A DNA stretch of 64,000 nt from Fimicolochytrium jonesii (lineage: Eukaryota). Shown here in pieces: positions 61,564 to 64,000 of the stretch (positions are counted from its first letter, which is position 1; each line of letters starts with the position of its first letter). Location of the stretch: contig NW_026515675.1 of NCBI RefSeq assembly GCF_025526975.1, positions 434,001-498,000 on the forward strand, given 5' to 3'. A program made the translations under genes and the position numbers. The notes beneath the pieces were generated by a model. The model ran no database searches and was not told where the DNA came from. It was given only the letters and a program-made list of their open reading frames with translations.

Positions 61564-62619
61564 GGTTGGCGGTTGATGTGAACTTAGTGGGTAAGGGAGT
61601 TTGGCTGTCGTGGGAAAGTTTGAAGGATTTCAACTCCTGTGGCTTCCTATCTTTGCAACTATATTTCAGGGACGGCTTCAAGTCTGTAAGACCCCTTTGA
61701 GTGACTGGAGCTTGTGTGCAGAGCTGCAAGCCAATATACAGTAGTCGTCTTCGTGAGTTGGAGTTCTCTCTCAGCGTTGTCGAAATATACACCTACGTAT
61801 ACAGAGGATTCGTGGACGTCCAAGCCATTACATATCTTTAAAGATGGAGCACAGGCACGCAGCCATACGTCTTACGTGTACAATACAGTTACAATCGGCA
61901 GGAGCGGCCTCCTGGCGGCTCATATCCGTCGTGACAGCCACAACACATGCAATCCACATAACAGTGATAACACTGCTGACCGGGAAAAGCTGGCCGAGCT
62001 GCGTGCAAACCTGTTGCAAGGACCAACCCTCTGAAGATGAAGAGGCCCACGAGGAATTCTGACGGCTTGTCAACCATTGAGGTTACCGCGGGTCTGGCGC
62101 CCGGGAAAACTTTCGAAGCGATAGGACCAGCGGTACTCGACCTTCCTTCGACCGTCTCCTATTGGCGGTTGGGGCTTGGCAATGAGACCGTGTAGATAAG
62201 CTATCCGTAACGAAAAGGTAACAAGCATTTCCTACAGTCATCAAATTTCAAACCGAACTCCAACTCGAGGCTTCTAATTAAGCCCCACATATAATATTCC
62301 TAGGTCCGTTGCCAGAGGCTAGTGGCTAGTATACGGTACGTACTGTACTTTGTCCGAAAAATCCTGGCCTCTCAGGCGGACAATTTACGGGCGCTTTTAC
62401 TAATTGGGTTTGAGATAAGTTCGAAACTTTTTTGACTTAGAATCCTACATAATTCTACGTAAGAACCGTCGAAACGACATCAAGTGTAACTGATGAACCA
62501 CCATGGAAGCGTTCTTGAATCTTGAACAATTGAGCTGAGAATTGAAGCCTCCTTCTATGGTGGAGAAGCAACATGAATAGGGCCCGTGTGACGCGCGTTG
62601 TTTCCAACGTTTAATTCTC

Positions 62620-62627
62620 ATGACTCA
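62620..62627. promoter_or_regulatory. GCRE/CPRE consensus site upstream of the CpcA-like gene
   Basis: ATGACTCA about 60 bp upstream of a TATA-like CATAAAA (~62687). Confidence 0.55.
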
Positions 62628-62766
62628 GAGGGAATTCACTGCGCCACACGCGTTTTGGGCCCGTCAATCGCATCGCTTTCCGCTCACATAAAAGAGCGGG
62701 ACAGGGGATTCATGCCCTTGCTTTCCCATCGCATCTCCCAACTTACAACAACGCAAACAACTCAAC

Positions 62767-62784
62767 ATGGCTTCCGTTTTCTGA
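62767..62784 (+). promoter_or_regulatory. uORF1 (MASVF*) in the CpcA/GCN4-like leader
   Basis: AAC ATG GCT TCC GTT TTC TGA in a strong start context, preceded by a C/A-rich leader. Confidence 0.75.
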
Positions 62785-62889
62785 ACCCCCTTTCGGCTAC
62801 CGCCACCCAGCCTTTCGCCCTCTCCGTCATCCACCAGTGGCTTCCGCCTACCCAGCATCCTGCACCCCCACCCCAGTGAACACGCCAAA

Positions 62890-62976
62890 ATGGCTTCCCT
62901 CCACCACCCCACGCATGAACTAGTGACCTCTGTCGACTTTGCTCTACTGCTGCTAAGACACAAGCAACTGAGATAG
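62890..62976 (+). promoter_or_regulatory. uORF2 (28 aa, MASLHHPTHELVTSVDFALLLLRHKQLR*)
   Basis: AAA ATG GCT TCC ... TAG, strong context, ends 91 nt before the main ATG. Confidence 0.75.
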
Positions 62977-63067
62977 TTTTTCATCTCCGCCTATCTACAA
63001 TACAACATACTCTTTTGAGTGAAGCTTTTTTCCTCATCCGTTAACCCGTACCGTTATCGATCTCGAT

Positions 63068-64000
63068 ATGACCGCGATGAGCGACGAAGTCTTTGACGCT
63101 GAGCTTCGGGAGCTGCTTGGTGCAGGTGTGTATTCTTTCTACTTCTCGTTCATTTGTGTATGATCGATGGCTGATGAACATTGTCTTCTTTAGTGGGATG
63201 CCAGAGCCCGACCGCCGGCAATGTGTTCGGCGACGTGACCACTCAATATGGAGTCGCCGACCTGTTGATGGGTAGTGGTGTGGCCGATGCTACCGCCACG
63301 TCCCCTGCCCTCTTCGATGTGGATGCCTTCCTCACTCCTGAACTCACCGGCTTGGATGTCTTCCCGGACGGCTCTGCATTCGGAACGTTCTCCGGCATCC
63401 AGGAGAGCCCTGCGGCGTCCAGCGTGTTCTCGTCCCCTGCATTCGACATTCCCATGCAGGATTTCGCCATGGGCTCATTCGATGACGCTCTGCTGTTCCC
63501 TGACCTGGGCGTGATGGAACCTTCGTTGGACCAGAGCTTTACTCCTTTGGGTCCTACCAACACTCACACTGTTCCTATTACTGCCACCGCCCAGCCCGCT
63601 TCCGCGTTGACCTTCGACCCCACTATCCTTGCCGCTGCGGCGGCCGCTAGCGGACTCAACGTCGAAGCGCTCCAAAAGTCGCTCCAGGCCTTCGCCGAGT
63701 CTCAAAGCTGTGTGAAGACCGCTACTACCGTTACTCCCGTCGCAAACCCCTCTTCCGAGCCCAGGACTCAATATCCTCCTTCCGGCCGCAAGCGCAAAGA
63801 ATACCCGTTGGACGCTGAGCTTCTCCTTGCGGAACTGGACTCCAAGCGTCAGAAGAACACGGAGGCCGCTCGCAAGTCTCGTCAGAAGAAGCAGGACCGG
63901 CTCAACGAGTTGGAGGTCATGGTCAAGCAGCTGTCCGCCGAGCGCGATGGATTGAAGGCGGAGTTGGTGGCTGAGAGGGAGGCGAGGGCTAGCCGTGAGG
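63068..64000 (+). CDS. cpcA: Cross-pathway control bZIP activator CpcA/Gcn4-like (3' truncated by the window end)
   Basis: Exon 63068-63125, intron 63126-63193, then an open frame to the end; acidic/Phe activation region (FDDALLFPDL) and KRQKNTEAARKSRQKK + zipper; absent from the ORF track because there is no stop in the window. Confidence 0.85.

Noticed and set aside
63198..63514. ORF-track entries 63093..63275 and 63275..63514 as genes
   Set aside because: Wrong frames; the true bZIP frame runs off the window end

Overview
Gene-dense eukaryotic DNA with many short GT-AG introns and fungal gene families; an early-diverging (chytrid-like) fungus is my inference. The first 5 kb is the 3' part of an apparently intact Ty3/Gypsy chromovirus: gag end, a -1 frameshift site with a predicted pseudoknot, pol (PR-RT-RH-IN-chromo), PPT and a 183-bp 3' LTR. 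About 22 protein-coding genes follow: a dual-specificity phosphatase, SAM methyltransferase, BSD2-like adaptor, giant repeat-containing coiled-coil protein, two GCN4/CpcA-family bZIP factors, DENND6, SIN Cdc14-like, PAT1, a bacterial-type GST, sphingoid-base phosphate phosphatase, IDO, an SPG5-like hypothetical, UTP8/NOL11-like, AlkB-family dioxygenase, atypical mitochondrial carrier, SAP-domain protein, an orphan membrane protein, USP12/46, PSD1, GRC3/NOL9 and a C2-AGC (Sch9-like) kinase. The most notable signals are (i) the frameshift heptamer plus pseudoknot, (ii) a CpcA/GCN4-type gene with a two-uORF leader and an upstream GCRE, alongside a second bZIP paralogue that lacks uORFs but has three tandem TGACTC sites, and (iii) recurring unexplained promoter palindromes. 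I found no CRISPR array, tRNA or rRNA. Exon boundaries were read by eye and family calls rest on recognised motifs, not database searches.
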